Assembly (NCBI RefSeq): GCF_001194135.2
Contig: NC_068993.1
Span: forward strand, 44,513,817 to 44,577,816
Reading direction: 5' to 3'
DNA: 64,000 nucleotides
DNA from: Octopus bimaculoides
Taxonomy: Eukaryota
Shown here: one piece after another, positions 10,976 to 25,049 of the stretch
How positions within the stretch are numbered: position 1 is the stretch's first letter
How the letters are laid out: every line of letters begins with the position of its first letter
Made by a program: the position numbers and the translations under genes
The notes under the pieces: model-generated
Seen by the model: only the letters and a program-made list of their open reading frames with translations
The model's database searches: none
What the model was told of the DNA's origin: nothing

Positions 10976-13900
10976 AGAGAGCATACACAGGTTTTTGGTC
11001 CACACACTTATAAAAGGGAATGAATGAGATCGAGGGATATTTAGGTTTTTATCAAGGGGTCAGGTACAGCTGTGTGGTTAAGAAGCATGCTTACCAGCCA
11101 CAATGGTTTTGAGTTCAGTCGCACTGCATGTGCTAGAAATAGCAGCTAAATCTTTGTAGGTGAGATAACGTTGAATGCACTCGAAAAAAAAAAACAGGGA
11201 AAAAAACTATTTCACACCGAAATTACGAAGTTCATGTGTTTATGCATGTATATGTATGTGAGAATTTACCTATGTAAGTGTGTAGACGTGTCTGCATGTG
11301 TGTATATGCATATGTAAACGTATGTTTATGTACTGATATGTATGTCTGTTCAAGTTGTATACAAGACTTACTCTGTCGAAAGTTGTATGTATATATACTT
11401 ACGGTAAAATTTTTTTTTTTAAATCGTATATTTTCGTTGTCAAATCAGTCTAATTGAAAGGTTAGAGTTTTTTCCCTTTCGGGATGAAGTTAAATCTGGG
11501 ACATTTTCACGTTATGCACCGTTTTGAGTATTTATACACCAAACCTCGAGTATCTCAATAACTACAGCTCCAATTTACGCGAAAATTGTTTCATTCCGTT
11601 CCTATTAACATTTCAAGGAACTCTTAATTCATAGTATTTTCCCATTATGCGCTTATTTGCCTGGGTAACATTGCAAGCAAGCAAGATTGAAACTGACTTC
11701 TAATGTATAGATTGTAATCTTCCCATCCGTTCCCATCCAATCAAATCAATAGTTACTACTATATTGGATGGCATAAAAGACGCACAGGCGTATTAGATAC
11801 AACCCAATTTCAACAATTAAAAAAAAAAATTAAAGTGCATATTAAAGCATGTAATATAGGCCCAATGAGAAGGCTCATTAAAAAAGAATGACAAAATGGT
11901 AATGTTTGGAATGTGATTTAACTCAATGACTGCCAACATTGTCATCCTCAAATTAACCCTAACCAAAGACACAAGATCAATTTGTTAATGAATTTAATAG
12001 AAACTATTTATTTATCTTTTTGCTTTTACAGGTCACTGGACTCTGGCCATGCTGGGGTAATGCCTTGAAGAGGCAAATTGAATCGCCTCCGGTACTTGTT
12101 ACTTTTAACCCTTTAGTATTTAAACGGTCATATCAGGCCCTAATATTCAAGCCGTTTTATGTTTAAACCAGTCAGATCTAGCCTACCACACCTATCCTAG
12201 GTGCCAGGATGAGATTTGGCAGGTATTTATTGCCAATCGAGCAACTTCATAGAAGCTTGACAGTCTTGTAGTATATCCATTAGTGACAGATGCCTATGGA
12301 TAATGAACTTACATAGAACAGCTTGTAGCAAGCTAGTCATTCAAGACTGGTGCCAATCAAAACCAGGACCTTGATTCAATAGTAAGTACCTGAAGATGAA
12401 TAACAGAGCAGCTAATTGTTGACTTCTGCAAGCCCATTCTTGACTTCGAATTCAGGAGTGACGGCAGTTTATTCAGGTCCTCAAGCTATTGTGTAAACTA
12501 ATCCTTGACTCTACAGTGTTTTCCTTCCTGCTTGCACTTAGGTTTTAAAGTCTGAGCCAGTCAGTGCAGTCCAATCCCACTGAGGTCTGACCACAGTGGA
12601 CTCAGTAGGCTAATATGGTTGCAGTGACCAGCAAGTTGTAGGCTTTACATTGGAGTGGCCTTCTCCTGAGTGAATTGCTTTTCAGGGCTACAAAGTTCCA
12701 CCTATCCTGGAGATTCCAGAAATGTGTCAGAGGGCACCAAACTGCCTTTGAACACAGAATACAAAATACGCATTAATTATATAGTGCACCCTCTATCATC
12801 AGTAATTTACCTGACCATAGTTTTATTTACTCACACATGGGAAAATTTGGTAAGCACCAGCTACAGGACCTAAATCATGGGGGCCCAATTGTCCAAGTTG
12901 GCTGCAACTCAACAATGATAGACTCAAAAAAGAGAAATTCTACAGAAAAGAAGCAACCCAAGAACAAAAGTGTCTGTTGTCTTACACTGCAATTTTCAGA
13001 ATACCGAAAATAAAAACAAAAAACTTTGCAAAGAGGTAACATTTCAATAATAGCTTGCATTCCAAAAGTGAAGTTATTCATAGCTACAGCACAAAAACTG
13101 AAGAAAGATTCCAACATTCTTGCAAAGTCAGATTCTCTTCAGATATACAATATTAGCATTGAAAAACAGTATCTGATATTTTATTACTGTGTATGACAGT
13201 GAATTTCAATAGAAAAATGGTAATGAAATGGTTAAATTTCTTGCCTGGAGACACAATGTCTGTAACTGGTAATGAAGACCTCATGACCTGCTACAAACTC
13301 TCCAATACCTTATCAACTTTGCCATTCATTTGCTATCTGTAAATGTAAATTAGCAACGGTCTATATAAGTAAGTACAAGTTCACAAAATCATCAGTATCA
13401 TCATCTAACATATGTTTTCCATGCTGGCATGAGTTGGACAGCTTGACAGGAACTGGTAAGACCAGAGGTTGCACCAGGTTCCATAGTCTGTTTCGGCCTG
13501 GTTTCTATGGCTGGTAGCCCTTTCTAATGCCAACCACTCCACAGAGTATACTGGGTGCTTTTAATGTGGCACCATCACAAGTGCTTAAGTGACACAAGCA
13601 CCTGTGCCTTTTACATGGCATCATGGTTTTAGGATCTCACTTCTTGTGGTGGGCAGGTCTTCTTAAGTATAGCATGGATTGAATTATTTTACCTTTAACA
13701 TTAATGGACTTGCCTGGAACTTTATGATTTCCTCACTGCAAACTAATTTACTCCACTTAGATAATCTTATGTAATTACTAGTAAGACATTGAAACCCCAC
13801 ACTCTAGCATCATGTCATAATTGACCATTCATCAATACACGCATACTTTGAATCTAAAAAAAAAAAGAAGAAATCAGAAGGGGTAAGGAGTAAAAATTAA

Positions 13901-15459
13901 ATCAAAACTAAAAATAAGATTTAATTCATACAAAAATTTTAGTTCTTTTATATTATTATATATTTCAATTTCAGACTCAATACAATTGTATCTTGGTTTA
14001 TGAAAACACCAACTTTACCAATTCTAAATTCCAAATTGAGAGAAAAAATATCAGAGAGAAAGAAACAAACCTCCTCCTATTCACAATATCAAAGTTATTC
14101 ATGGGAAAAACTGAGGCACACAAACCACATGTGACCCATAGGACTTTCTGAAAGGCAGGCATAACTAAATATTACGTTGAATCTTGTCAGGAGAGCTGCC
14201 CACCTGATGATGAACCATGTCCCGTGCAACCTGCTTCTCAAGCACAGTTGCTCATGCCTGATGTCAGTGACAGACACTGAATGAAAATGCCCTTTTATAA
14301 TGTTGTTGTTTAACCCAAAGTCAAAAGTCGGAGAGCAGACCTAAGATCAAAAGGCAATCCAAGCAGGATATTCTTTGATTTTTTTTTTTTTTGAAAAGTT
14401 AGTGGGTTGTTGTTCCCAGCACAAAGTCCAGTCCTTGTTGCAGCATGGTGAGTTGTGTACCTCGATGATCCTGAGAGATATGGCAGTGGAGTGCAAGCCC
14501 CTAGTAGGGTTTCTCAGGCTGGATAAGTCAAAGGACAGAGGCCAAACTAATGTGGACCACATCTTCCTAGAGGTAAAAATGAATTTGCGTACAACCAACA
14601 CTCCTACTAAGAAAAAAGTAATGCTAAAGAAGCAGTGGCAATAATTCAAAACCAACAAGACCTGGGAGAAGAAGACAGCCCAGACTCAAGATCAGTGACG
14701 AAAAGTTTTTGATGGCCTCAGTACCATAGTGAGTGAAGGGTTTAAGTAAATAGGGTGTTGTTTAATGATAATTTTGTACTAATTCTAGAAGGCTGAGTAA
14801 ATGCACAGAGGTTCCATCCACCCTGTCTCATGTTTTGGCTTAATAAAAGTTTATCCTGCTCGAGGCTAATGACAATGGATAAAAATTGTAACAATGCAAG
14901 TCAAGTGAAATAAAATTGCTTAACTAGTAACTAAATTGGTTAAGCAAATTCAACTTACTAGGTGCATACTGCCACTATATGGTGCATGCATTAAAATCAA
15001 TCCAAATCTGATTGTTTGCTGAATCATCACCTACTGCTTTATCTTCAAGTAACGTGTTAGAAGCCCAAGTCAGCCTGAGGGACTAGAAATTGCAGATATA
15101 AAGAAAGAGTAAAATAAATTTTCCAAGCAGAAACTGAACCTGCATTGCAGACTGAGTTTACCATCACTCTACAGCACTTGCATGGAATATATATGCACCT
15201 GAATTAACTACTTCCGAAAGTTTTATGAATTAATTTCAAGCTTGACTTCTGGTAATGATGATACAAATGACAGTAGCAGTATGAAAAAAAATGCAGCAAG
15301 CATTGAAGGGAAGGTATTTGTAACTGAATAGAAGTGATATATCTACTTGTTTGGAGGTCATGAGCTCAAATTTCCTCAAGGGAATCTTCTGCATGCAAAC
15401 TAAATTCCAATATCATAGGGTCTCACCTATGGAATATGACTGAGTTCAAAAACTTCGAT

Positions 15460-15660
15460 TAACTGAGGCTTTCAATGGCTGATTGGATATTCACATAGTT
15501 TTCACCAATTATTGTGATGTTATCAGCACAATCAATGTCAGTGTTCATAAAAGCATCATCCCACAGTAATATCCAGGAAATCTTCAAATGCACACTCCAC
15601 ACAATCCAGTTGAGGACAAAGTTGAAGGATATTGGAGTATTCTGAAGTATTAAGAAAATA
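15460..15660 (-). mobile_element. Degenerate LINE RT core fragment (RTE-like)
   Basis: TPISFNFVLNWIV…TDIDCADNITII…NIQSAIESL corresponds to SPxLFNxVIDWIM…DLDYADDIAL. Confidence 0.65.
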
Positions 15661-18419
15661 TTTAGACGAGAGCATGGAGGAAAGAATAACGAGGAAAAAA
15701 GAAAATGCAGAAGAAATGATGTCTTGGACACGTATAACATCCACGTAGACTGGTTTTGTCTGGCTAAGCCTAAAACGACCATCAATGTATAAACACCCAG
15801 TCCAGCTTATTCACTAAGATTTGGGGACGGGGAAAAGCTGTCATTTTATCTTTGCCATTAATATTCAGAGTGTAGTACTTTCTTGCATCATTCCAAAGTT
15901 TATTTTCGTTTGCATTGTCCGTTCCTTTTCTCATAAATTCCAACGATTCGTAAAAGGACCAAAGCTCAGTTCACTTTCCGTTTCAGATAAGAAAAGGAGC
16001 GGTTTTCATTTCTAGGTCTTTTAATATTTGAGAGAAACTTATCAATGGGCCAATTTACCTTTGAAAATGCTGACCTCTCATTCCTCCATGCGGACACGGA
16101 TTACACACAAAGACACACGGTTTTTAATTAATAATTGACAGAAATTAACGCACGAAACTCTCGGCCCCGGAGTCACTGTAACTGATTATTAACATAAAAA
16201 ATTTAAAAACCCGTGTAATAGAATTCACGTTTTTGAGTTCAATTTTCTTGTTTGCATCACCAAACCTATAATATTATATNNNNNNNNNNNNNNNNNNNNN
16301 NNNNNNNNNTATATATATATATATATATATATATTAGTTGAAATTTATAGAAAAAAAAAAAACCAAAGCCGACGACAGGTGTATGAACAACAAACAAGTG
16401 TATTAGTTTGACGCTTAAGTCCTACGTTTCGAGCCTTCGCTATTCAACAGAAAGGAATAAGAGAAAATAAACAGAGGGAATGAAAAAAAAAAAACTTGTA
16501 GATTTCAGCGGTCCAGCATACATACATACATACACACGTGTGTGTGTGTGTGTAGCAGACTTTACCTCTCAATAATTTGGGACGAATTTGATAAACAAAT
16601 AACTACGTCAAACTGTCCTCAATATTTTACAAAACGGGTTGTTGCTTTCTTTTTTAATTTTCCCAACAAAAAAAACATACACTGATTTATAATGACACAA
16701 CTTCGAATCTGTAGTTAAAGATAAATTAAATTGTAGACGTTTATGTCTTTCGTGCGGACAAAACGAAAACTGTGAGGCTTACTAAGAGGAAGGTGGAACC
16801 GAAACTGATCAGGACATATTCATTTTTCCAGTCTGCAGGCGTCTCGGAGTTCGAGTGTTTTAGATATTTTGAATTGACAATATCCATTTGTAAACATAAC
16901 GAGAATTCAGATGCTAAATGGCGGTATCAAGTAAAACAGTAACTAATGCTTACCTCCAGTAACCACAACTCTGATTCGGGTCCATCCTTGTCCCTAAATG
17001 GAGGTGCTCTGTTCGCCTAGCTCCCCCTCAATGTTCTCGACTCGAAAAAGCAGCAGTGTACAATTCCCTAATCTTATTTGTTATAGGAAAAAGATAAAGT
17101 ACCGCCCGTTACACATCATTTGTTAGAGAGAGAGAAAGAGAGAGGGTGTGTGTAGCCATGCTGGAGCACCGCCTTCAAGAGTTTTAGTCGAACAAATCGA
17201 CTCTCAGGCCTTCTTTTTTTTAAATCTAGTACTTATTCAATCGTTCTCTTTTGCCGAACTGCTAGGTTACGGGGACACAAACACACCAACTCCGGTTGTC
17301 AAGCGGTGACGAGGGGACAAACAGAAACACGCATACACACACATATATATATATGTGTGTGTGTGGTAATTGATCAGTTTACGTTCGTGAAATCAAAAAC
17401 GTATTGTTGACAATATTGATAACTTTGATTTTAGTTTCAGTCATTTTTGTTTTTTTTCTCAGTTCTTGTTTATTTTATATCTTCTTTGAGGCGTACATTT
17501 AGCTGCAATGTTTTATGACAGCAGTAAGACACGATAGCTAGATAACCAGTCAGAAATACAGATTTATGTGTGAGAGATACAAATAGATAGTTTTGTAAGT
17601 CGAGTAAATAATCATTTTCTCCAAAACGAAGCTAGAAATCAGTTGTAAATAACAGATAAAGATGATGATGGGTGACAAGAGTAAAATATCAGACAACATA
17701 TTCTGTTGTGTCTGGGGATAGTAATTTTTTTTTTTTTTGTGCCTTATCATTTAACACACTCACCGGTAAAATTTTCACTTATTCCTTATTTTTATTTTCC
17801 AAAAATTTTCGTTGCGTCTTGCAATCTTTTCAATAGTCTTTTACTGGTGAGTGTGTTAAATTATAAGGCACAAAAAGAAAATGACTCTCCCCAGACACAA
17901 CAGAATATGCTTCAACACACGGACCCACATAAAGAATCTTGCAAACCAAATCCAAAAACGAAATCAGACAACATACTTTGGCGTATTTAGTTATCTCCTT
18001 TTAGTTTTTTTTTTTTTTTACAAACGTAAACTGAATTACCATATATATATATATATTTACGATGAGTTTCTTTCAGTTTCCGTCTGCCAAATCCACTCAC
18101 AAAGCTTCAGTCGGCCCAAGGCTATTGTAGAAGACACTTGCCCAAGATACCGCGCAATGAGACTGAACCCAGAACCATGTGGTTAAGAGGCAAGCTTTTT
18201 ACCTCACAGCCACAATGCACCAGATGATAGCGACTCAACAATTAGGCTAAAAAAAAAATGTTTATTATAAGTATGTGATTTATACACACGCATATAGGAA
18301 TGGCTACTGTTTGGTGCCCCTTGAGTTTGTTTCTTCACTACTCGCTAAATTTCCTTCTTTTAAATGACATTTTGTCGAAAAACGTTAACACAAACACTAT
18401 AACTTAGATTGGCTTCGGC

Positions 18420-18735
18420 CATTATCGGCCCAAGCCATGACCAACTCAATAGCACCACCTGGGAAAAGTCTTTTAGTTAATTATTTCGGGACACCATAGA
18501 CCACTCAAGTAGAGAGTTGTTACTGGTTGAGACGCATCCAGGTGTAGGTGGTTTATCCGGTATTTCCCGGAGGAATTTGTCCATGTACCGTTTGAAAGTT
18601 GTGGGGTCTTTTTCTATTTTAATTTCTTTCGGGATAACATTGAAAAGTGCAGGACCATTTGCAGTGAAGAAATTGTGTCGCAAAGTTCTTTTGTGATGTG
18701 ATCTCGACCTTTGTAGGGGACGCATTGCACTGGGG
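18420..18735 (-). mobile_element. CR1/L2-type LINE 3' end
   Basis: TLRHNFFTANGPALFNVIPKEIK…FKRYMDKFLREIPDKPPTPG…NNSLLEW. A related fragment lies at ~60450-60640. Confidence 0.75.
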
Positions 18736-18814
18736 GCCTAGTCTTGGGTGAATTGTAAACATAATACCGATATCATTTGGATAATATTAATGGAATATTT
18801 TCCACTTGATGTAA

Positions 18815-18849
<35 letters not shown>

Positions 18850-19404
18850 CGCGCTAAATGGAAGAGACATTTAACATTAAACTGGACAACCAGAAACTCC
18901 CAAAACACAAGCCAAGCTAGTAAAAGGAAATAAGTGTGCCGTATATACAAACACGACATTATATTTGCCTCTCTAATCGGTCAGTTGTTTGTTAGTCCGG
19001 AAAAAAAAAAGAAAAGAAAAAGCAAACTCCAAAAGCCTTTTGTGCAGTAATATTTAATGCTATCGTTGGTTTCACACCTATTATGCTTCTTAGCAATATC
19101 AGCTACTCAGCAGACCTGCCGAGCAAAGAAATATTGAAATTTCACAATCCTAACTGGCCAAGACCTCCATGAGTAGAGAGGTCATGTGCCTTCGGTCAGC
19201 AGGTCTAATGAGTTGCCGATATTGCTAAGAGCTATGTGCGAAACCATTGGTAACTTTTTGACCGGCCATAACCAACGACTACATTTTGTGCTTTGTCATG
19301 AATATCTAACGTTAAGACGGGGTGCATGTGTGATTATATTTAAATATATAGTCGGCATGAGTGTGAGTGGATTCTAAACTACTCTTTGGCTATTGATACT
19401 TTTG

Positions 19405-19680
19405 GGAGCGAGCGTGGCTGCGCGGCAAGAAGTTTCTTCTCAACCACATGGTTTCAGGTTCAGTCCCATAGCGTGGCTCCTTGGGCAAGTGTCTTCTACT
19501 GTAGCCTCAGGCCGACTAAAGCCTTATAAGTGGATTTGGTAGACGGATACAAAAAGAAGCCTATCGTGTATGTGTGTGTGTCTGTCTGTCCGCCTATGGA
19601 TTAACAACCGGTGTTGGCTTGTTTATGTCCCGTAACATTGTGGTTCGGCAAAGAGACTAATAGAAGTTACGAACTATTTT
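19405..19680 (+). mobile_element. CORE-type tRNA SINE with internal (TG)n
   Basis: tRNA head, CCTTGGGCAAGTGTCTTCTACT core, microsatellite, then tail module. CpGs largely retained. Confidence 0.75.
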
Positions 19681-20706
19681 GATGGTTGTTCAGCTCAAAA
19701 CTAATTTATCTTCACCATCATCTTTTATACTGTCGTCAAGTCACGTTGAGCTCGACTTCACCTTTCGTCATGCTACGAGTTCGATAAAATAAAGTAGCAG
19801 TTAAGTACTGGAGATCGATATAATCGATTATATGTATGTATGTGTGTGTGTGTTCTTATGTCAAGTTATATACATATATATACAATAAGTTAACATTACA
19901 CCGAAGGATAACTCGACTCTTAAGTAAAGTACATATCAATATTTAAAAGAAATTATTGACAATGGCTTCGAGACTCGACTTAGTAACCGTCATCACTCTA
20001 ATGATGACTAACAAGCTGAAACTTCGAAGTCACAGTCAACCTTTTCCTAGTATAAAAAGTGTATGTGTATATATATAGGTATACCTACAGATTGGTGCCC
20101 CTCTACTTTCTTTCGTCATGACTTCGAACATAGACTTGAAAGAAAAGCAAAAAATTAACTGCGGGAAAGTTACGAAAATTCATGTTAACACCGTACAGGT
20201 TGGTTAAATGGGAAAGGACTATCCGAAAGATCTCCGGTAAAAACATATTTTCTCTAAATGTTATCAACCTAACCGTAGTCTACACCTTCAAAATGTTTGT
20301 GCAAAATTTCATTAAGATTTGTGAGGGCCATACCACATTCTTATGTAACATAACAAGCCAGTACAATAGTTTTCAAACATATAGCATATTCTTTCAGGAA
20401 AAAATAGAAGTCTCTGCATATACACAGTTCAGTTACGATGAAAAATGTTCCAGACGTGACTGTCCTACCTTTTTCTGTTTTTTGTCGGGTATAACGTACC
20501 TAGGACTACATTATCCAAAACACGCTTCCTTTTGTAATTTGATAAGTGACAACTGAGTGCGATTTGAGTGGAATTTGGCAGCTATTTCTCGCTAGTCTTT
20601 CGCACGAAACATTTTTTCTTTTTGAATGAGATGAATAACAACGCCTCTCCTCGCTTGATGCACACATATTCCATATACACAATACACACATTGTCATATA
20701 CACATC

Positions 20707-20742
<36 letters not shown>

Positions 20743-21960
20743 TACAAACAATTGAGGGAAACGGTCCTGGGGTATACTCCAGGATACGGACGTGCCCATA
20801 TTTTTTTTAGTTTAACGAGGAGATTTATAGAGTAACACGGGGGGAGGGGGCGGAAGTCTTTCCAACACTTATCCATCAATTCATCTTCAGCCTCATTCAT
20901 AGACCTAAGCGAACCTTTAGTTCCTAAAATACATTTTAGTCACCTATAGATACGGCCGCGCGTATACGCACACACACACACATACATACATACAAACAAT
21001 ATATACATACATTTACATGGGTTATTTCAACCTTTACATGTACACACCGGTGCTGCAACATGGCCAGAAAACAAATGTTGGGACAAATATTTCCTTCCGA
21101 GCGAGGAGAGGGATCTGTGGGGAACCTTCTTCGGAAATGGCGGTCTCAACACCTTCCACAAAGAGACACAAGTTTTGTTAATGATCACCAAAAGTAGGCG
21201 GATGGCTACGTCGACGGTGGTCAAAAGTGCAAGAAACATATTATCAGGCGTTGTTGTAATTGTAGTAACAGTAATTATAAATTCTTACATTATTGGCACA
21301 AACCCACATATTTATAAGTGGAAGGATAACGGGTTTATAATTTAACTGTACCAGGCTGCTTCTGATTCTTCATTATCGGAATTAAATATTGCAAGTGACC
21401 TAAGGCGTTAACTGCTGTTTCTAGGTAGGGCTTACAAATTTATTGGATATATATACATACATGTGTGCCTCCAACCGACTTCGTTCCCAGAGATAAAGAA
21501 GAGTCTGTTGCTGTTTTAGTTCCTATTCAAAAGCGGTTTAGACATGACCATCTCGTCTTTCTTCAGCTATCATATATCTAATACTTCACAATCCATGTAC
21601 TTTTATACATTTCTTTCCAAATACGGAAGGATGTAATATAAAGAGAAATTTGTCTTATTTCTAGCAGGCCAAGCTACCATATACAGACGACTTTTGTTGG
21701 TTCATGTACGAATGTTGTTCTGTATGTATATATCTGTATGTATATGTCGCGTGAATTTATGTGATTATGTATCTATACGTGTGTGTACTAACGCATATGT
21801 GTAATTGAGTATTTATGTCTGTTTTTGTATGATACCGCCATTTCCAAAGACCAGTTTGGTTTCCAGACACGTTATGCCCTGCACACACACACACACACAC
21901 ACTCAAGCAAAAGATTTGTTTCTGTGGACTTATTGAATGTTTATTTTTTAAATAATAACG

Positions 21961-22070
21961 AAATATTAGGAATCTATTAGGAATATTAGGAATAATTATA
22001 TTAGGAATTATATTAGGAATATTAGACTATTAAGAATCTATTAGGAATATTAGAATATTAGGAATAACAC
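21961..22070. repeat. Degenerate minisatellite, ~9-bp TATTAGGAA unit
   Basis: About 10 imperfect copies of (A)TATTAGGAA. Confidence 0.8.
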
Positions 22071-23106
22071 CAGAAAAAGAAAACTTGAAAAATAACGCAA
22101 TTAAGCAAAAAGACAAAAAGTATGGTAAATATTTGGGGAAAAAAGAAAGATTTATTTTTATTAATCACAAAAATCATGGTGGGACTGTCAAATGTTTAGA
22201 TCCTAATACAAATTATTGATATTTATTAATAACATTAAGGTTTCTGAGAGGTAAAGCCGACTCAGAACAAATCGATTGAATAATAAATTTGATTTACTAC
22301 AAGGACAATCAACGGATGATAGACGTTTAGAAATACTAAACATAAAACAAATGGAGTTTTTACGTATCGAATGTGGATAAAAACAATGATTTCATTACTG
22401 AATCGAAAACTAAACAATACTGGTTTCTGACTAAGGTAGAAAGCAACATATTTAAAGGGGAGAAATGAGGCTTATGTGATGTTCATGCCTTTCTCAATGA
22501 CATTTAATATGAAAATGAAAGGAAAGTAGCACTTAAAAGGTTATTTTTGAGATGGAATTCGTTATCTTGTCTGTGTACACGTGTTTTAGAAACAGATATA
22601 TAAAGCAATTACGAAATATAGTTTTAAGAATCGAGAATAATAACAAGAATCAAGATTATTAAGGAAGCCTTGTACAGATGTATATATATATATATACGAA
22701 CTAGAAAATTGAGTGTTCTCAGAAAAAAAAAACATTAGTGTCGTGAAGAGAAAAGGGAAGGTAGAATAGAAAAGCCAGCAAAAAAGAGTGCCACCCCTAT
22801 AAAATAATCATGAACTATTCCAAACTGTTCAAAAAGAATAAAGACGAAAGAAAATATTGAAGCGAAAAAGAGGGAGGGAAGCAATTGGGGCGAGTTCATT
22901 TTCAACAATAAAGGTAACGACAGATTTGGTTTTTCCATTTTCTTTTTTTAATGTAAAATCGACAGCTATATTTGCCCGGTTTTTATTTCGACAACAAAAT
23001 AAGCAGAAGTGAAATAAAGACATATGTAATTGTACTCGATTTATTTACTAAATGTAAAAAAGATGAAAAGAAAAACAAGACAAGTTAAAAACAAAAAAAA
23101 ACGTAC

Positions 23107-23248
23107 CTTTACATTGCGAATCTAACTCGCGCAATTGTGTGACTTTTCGTTGTAGATCATCAGGTAAATTGTCCATAATATCTAAATAATTTTGAAGATA
23201 GGTTGCCGAACATAATGCCTCAACCGCAGCTTGATTTAACGTCGTCAT
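23107..23248 (-). CDS. ING1: ING1/2-like inhibitor of growth protein, coding exon 1
   Basis: MTTLNQAAVEALCSATYLQNYLDIMDNLPDDLQRKVTQLRELDSQCK matches the ING N-terminal coiled-coil motif. Phase-1 donor AAAG|gtacgt. The intron position corresponds to the single coding intron of vertebrate ING1/ING2 (…KYQ|EIL…). The symbol denotes the ING1/2 pro-orthologue. Confidence 0.9.
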
Positions 23249-23585
23249 CTTGTTTTCCCCATGCAGCAATTTGTTGTTATTATTATTTGTGGTTGTATAT
23301 ATATGAAATGTGGATTTCGTTTCGTTATTTTCACAATGGTCGATGTATTAATCACATTAGCCCCTTTTTTGTTATTATTTTGTTATGGTTGTTAGATAAA
23401 ATCGCGATGGGAAAAAAATAAAGACGAGCACACATTGACTTGTTTAACCGTTTTGTCGAGGAAACAACATCAGGGTTTCCTTCTCTCTTCCTCTCTGTCT
23501 CTCTGTTTTCTTCTCTGTCTCTTTCCTTTACTCTCTCTCTCTCTCTCCCTCTCTTACTATGCTCTGTCGGCTGTTTTCCCCCTTC

Positions 23586-23871
23586 NNNNNNNNNNNNNNN
23601 NNNNNNNNNNNNNNNNNNNNNNNNNNNNNNNNNNNNNNNNNNNNNNNNNNNNNNNNNNNNNNNNNNNNNNNNNNNNNNNNNNNNNNNNNNNNNNNNNNNN
23701 NNNNNNNNNNNNNNNNNNNNNNNNNNNNNNNNNNNNNNNNNNNNNNNNNNNNNNNNNNNNNNNNNNNNNNNNNNNNNNNNNNNNNNNNNNNNNNNNNNNN
23801 NNNNNNNNNNNNNNNNNNNNNNNNNNNNNNNNNNNNNNNNNNNNNNNNNNNNNNNNNNNNNNNNNNNNNNN
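23586..23871. other. Assembly gap immediately upstream of ING exon 1 (other gaps: 16280-16309, 31164-31173, 38945-39292, 50740-50749, 58040-58349)
   Basis: Runs of N, mostly bordering microsatellites or repeats. Confidence 0.99.
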
Positions 23872-23924
<53 letters not shown>

Positions 23925-24204
23925 TATTTCTCTCTCTCTCTCTAGCTATCTGTTACTTGTTTCATTCATTGGATTGCGGCCATGCTGAAGCACCTCGTTT
24001 AAGTGTTTTAAGTCGAATGAATTGACCCCAGTACTTATTCTGTCCAATCTTTTTGACGAAAGGCTAAGTTATGAGGACGCAAACAAAAACGGCACCGGTT
24101 GTCAAGTGGTGGTGAAATCAAACGCATAACAAACACATGTACATACACATATACGATGGTCTTCTTTCAGTCTACCAAATCCATTCACAAGGCTTTGGTC
24201 ATCC

Positions 24205-24432
24205 CATACTCAAAATAAGTCTCTCAAATTTTGGCACAAGGCTGGCAACGCTGAGGGGGTGGGGTAGTCGATTACATCGATTCTAGAGTTTAAATGGTAC
24301 TTATTTTTGTAAATTTTTATCGATCTCGAAAGATGAATTCGAGTACGACGGAATTCAAACTCGGAACATAAAGAGACGGAAGAAATACCATCATGCATTT
24401 TCTGCTGCGTGCTAACGATTCTGCTGGCTTTC
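24205..24432 (-). mobile_element. (ATT)-family SINE copy, CpG-retaining
   Basis: Same head and body as the 3797-5185 units, with CpGs intact (GTCGATTACATCGA, TCGAGTACGACGG). Confidence 0.75.
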
Positions 24433-25049
24433 CGCCTTCTCTGTCTTTTCTCTATGGAAACATGCACACTCTGTTCACTCTCGTACAAAAACAAATGATG
24501 AAGGATTCGTAAGCAAGTCCTTATTCCGTGAACAGATGAGTTATATAACTATGACTATAAACTATAAGGATAAAACTGCAACAAATAATCCAGACAAGCT
24601 AAAGGAGTTGATCAGAATGGGATGTGGGCGTGATATCTTACAGAGGTAATGAGAACAGGCGAAATGTTGGTTATCGAGTAGATTTCTGTGGGTAAATTCA
24701 GAGAATTAGTTTGTTACGGTCAAAGTAAAAGAGACAGAGACATGGCTCAGCATGTCCACATGTAGGATTATCCTAAATGTATGTATGCCAAATGTACGAT
24801 CGCAAATATGTAGTTGTTTAGCTTTAGGTCAAAACTTTCTGTTTAATTATTCCACGCACATCAAGGATACCTTGTAAGACTGTTGAATCTATCCCAGCAC
24901 TCAACTGGTACTGTATTTCATCTATTTATCTATCTATCCTTTCTTTCTTAAATGGAGCAGGACCTGTTGAGGAAAAGAAATTGTGTTGCAGTGTATTTAT
25001 GTGTTGTAATCCTGAATTGGGTATGGTACGTGGGCCTAGCCTTGGATGA

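Noticed and set aside
12875-13117. 80-aa hydrophobic minus-strand ORF
   Set aside because: Explained by A-rich plus-strand composition; no splice-phase fit with ING.
14375-14644. 89-aa ORF with cysteines, antisense in ING intron 1
   Set aside because: No recognisable domain and it starts in a poly-T tract; probably decayed TE or chance.
21025-21345. ~100-codon plus-strand open frame (…HVHTGAATWPENKCWDKYF…) with faint C2H2-linker resemblance
   Set aside because: No CxxC…HxxxH spacing, no suitable start or splice sites, and no recognisable homology.
23352-24025. Long ORFs of 120-220 aa here and at 38902-39333 and 57883-58542
   Set aside because: They only run through N gaps and (TA)n/(CT)n repeats.
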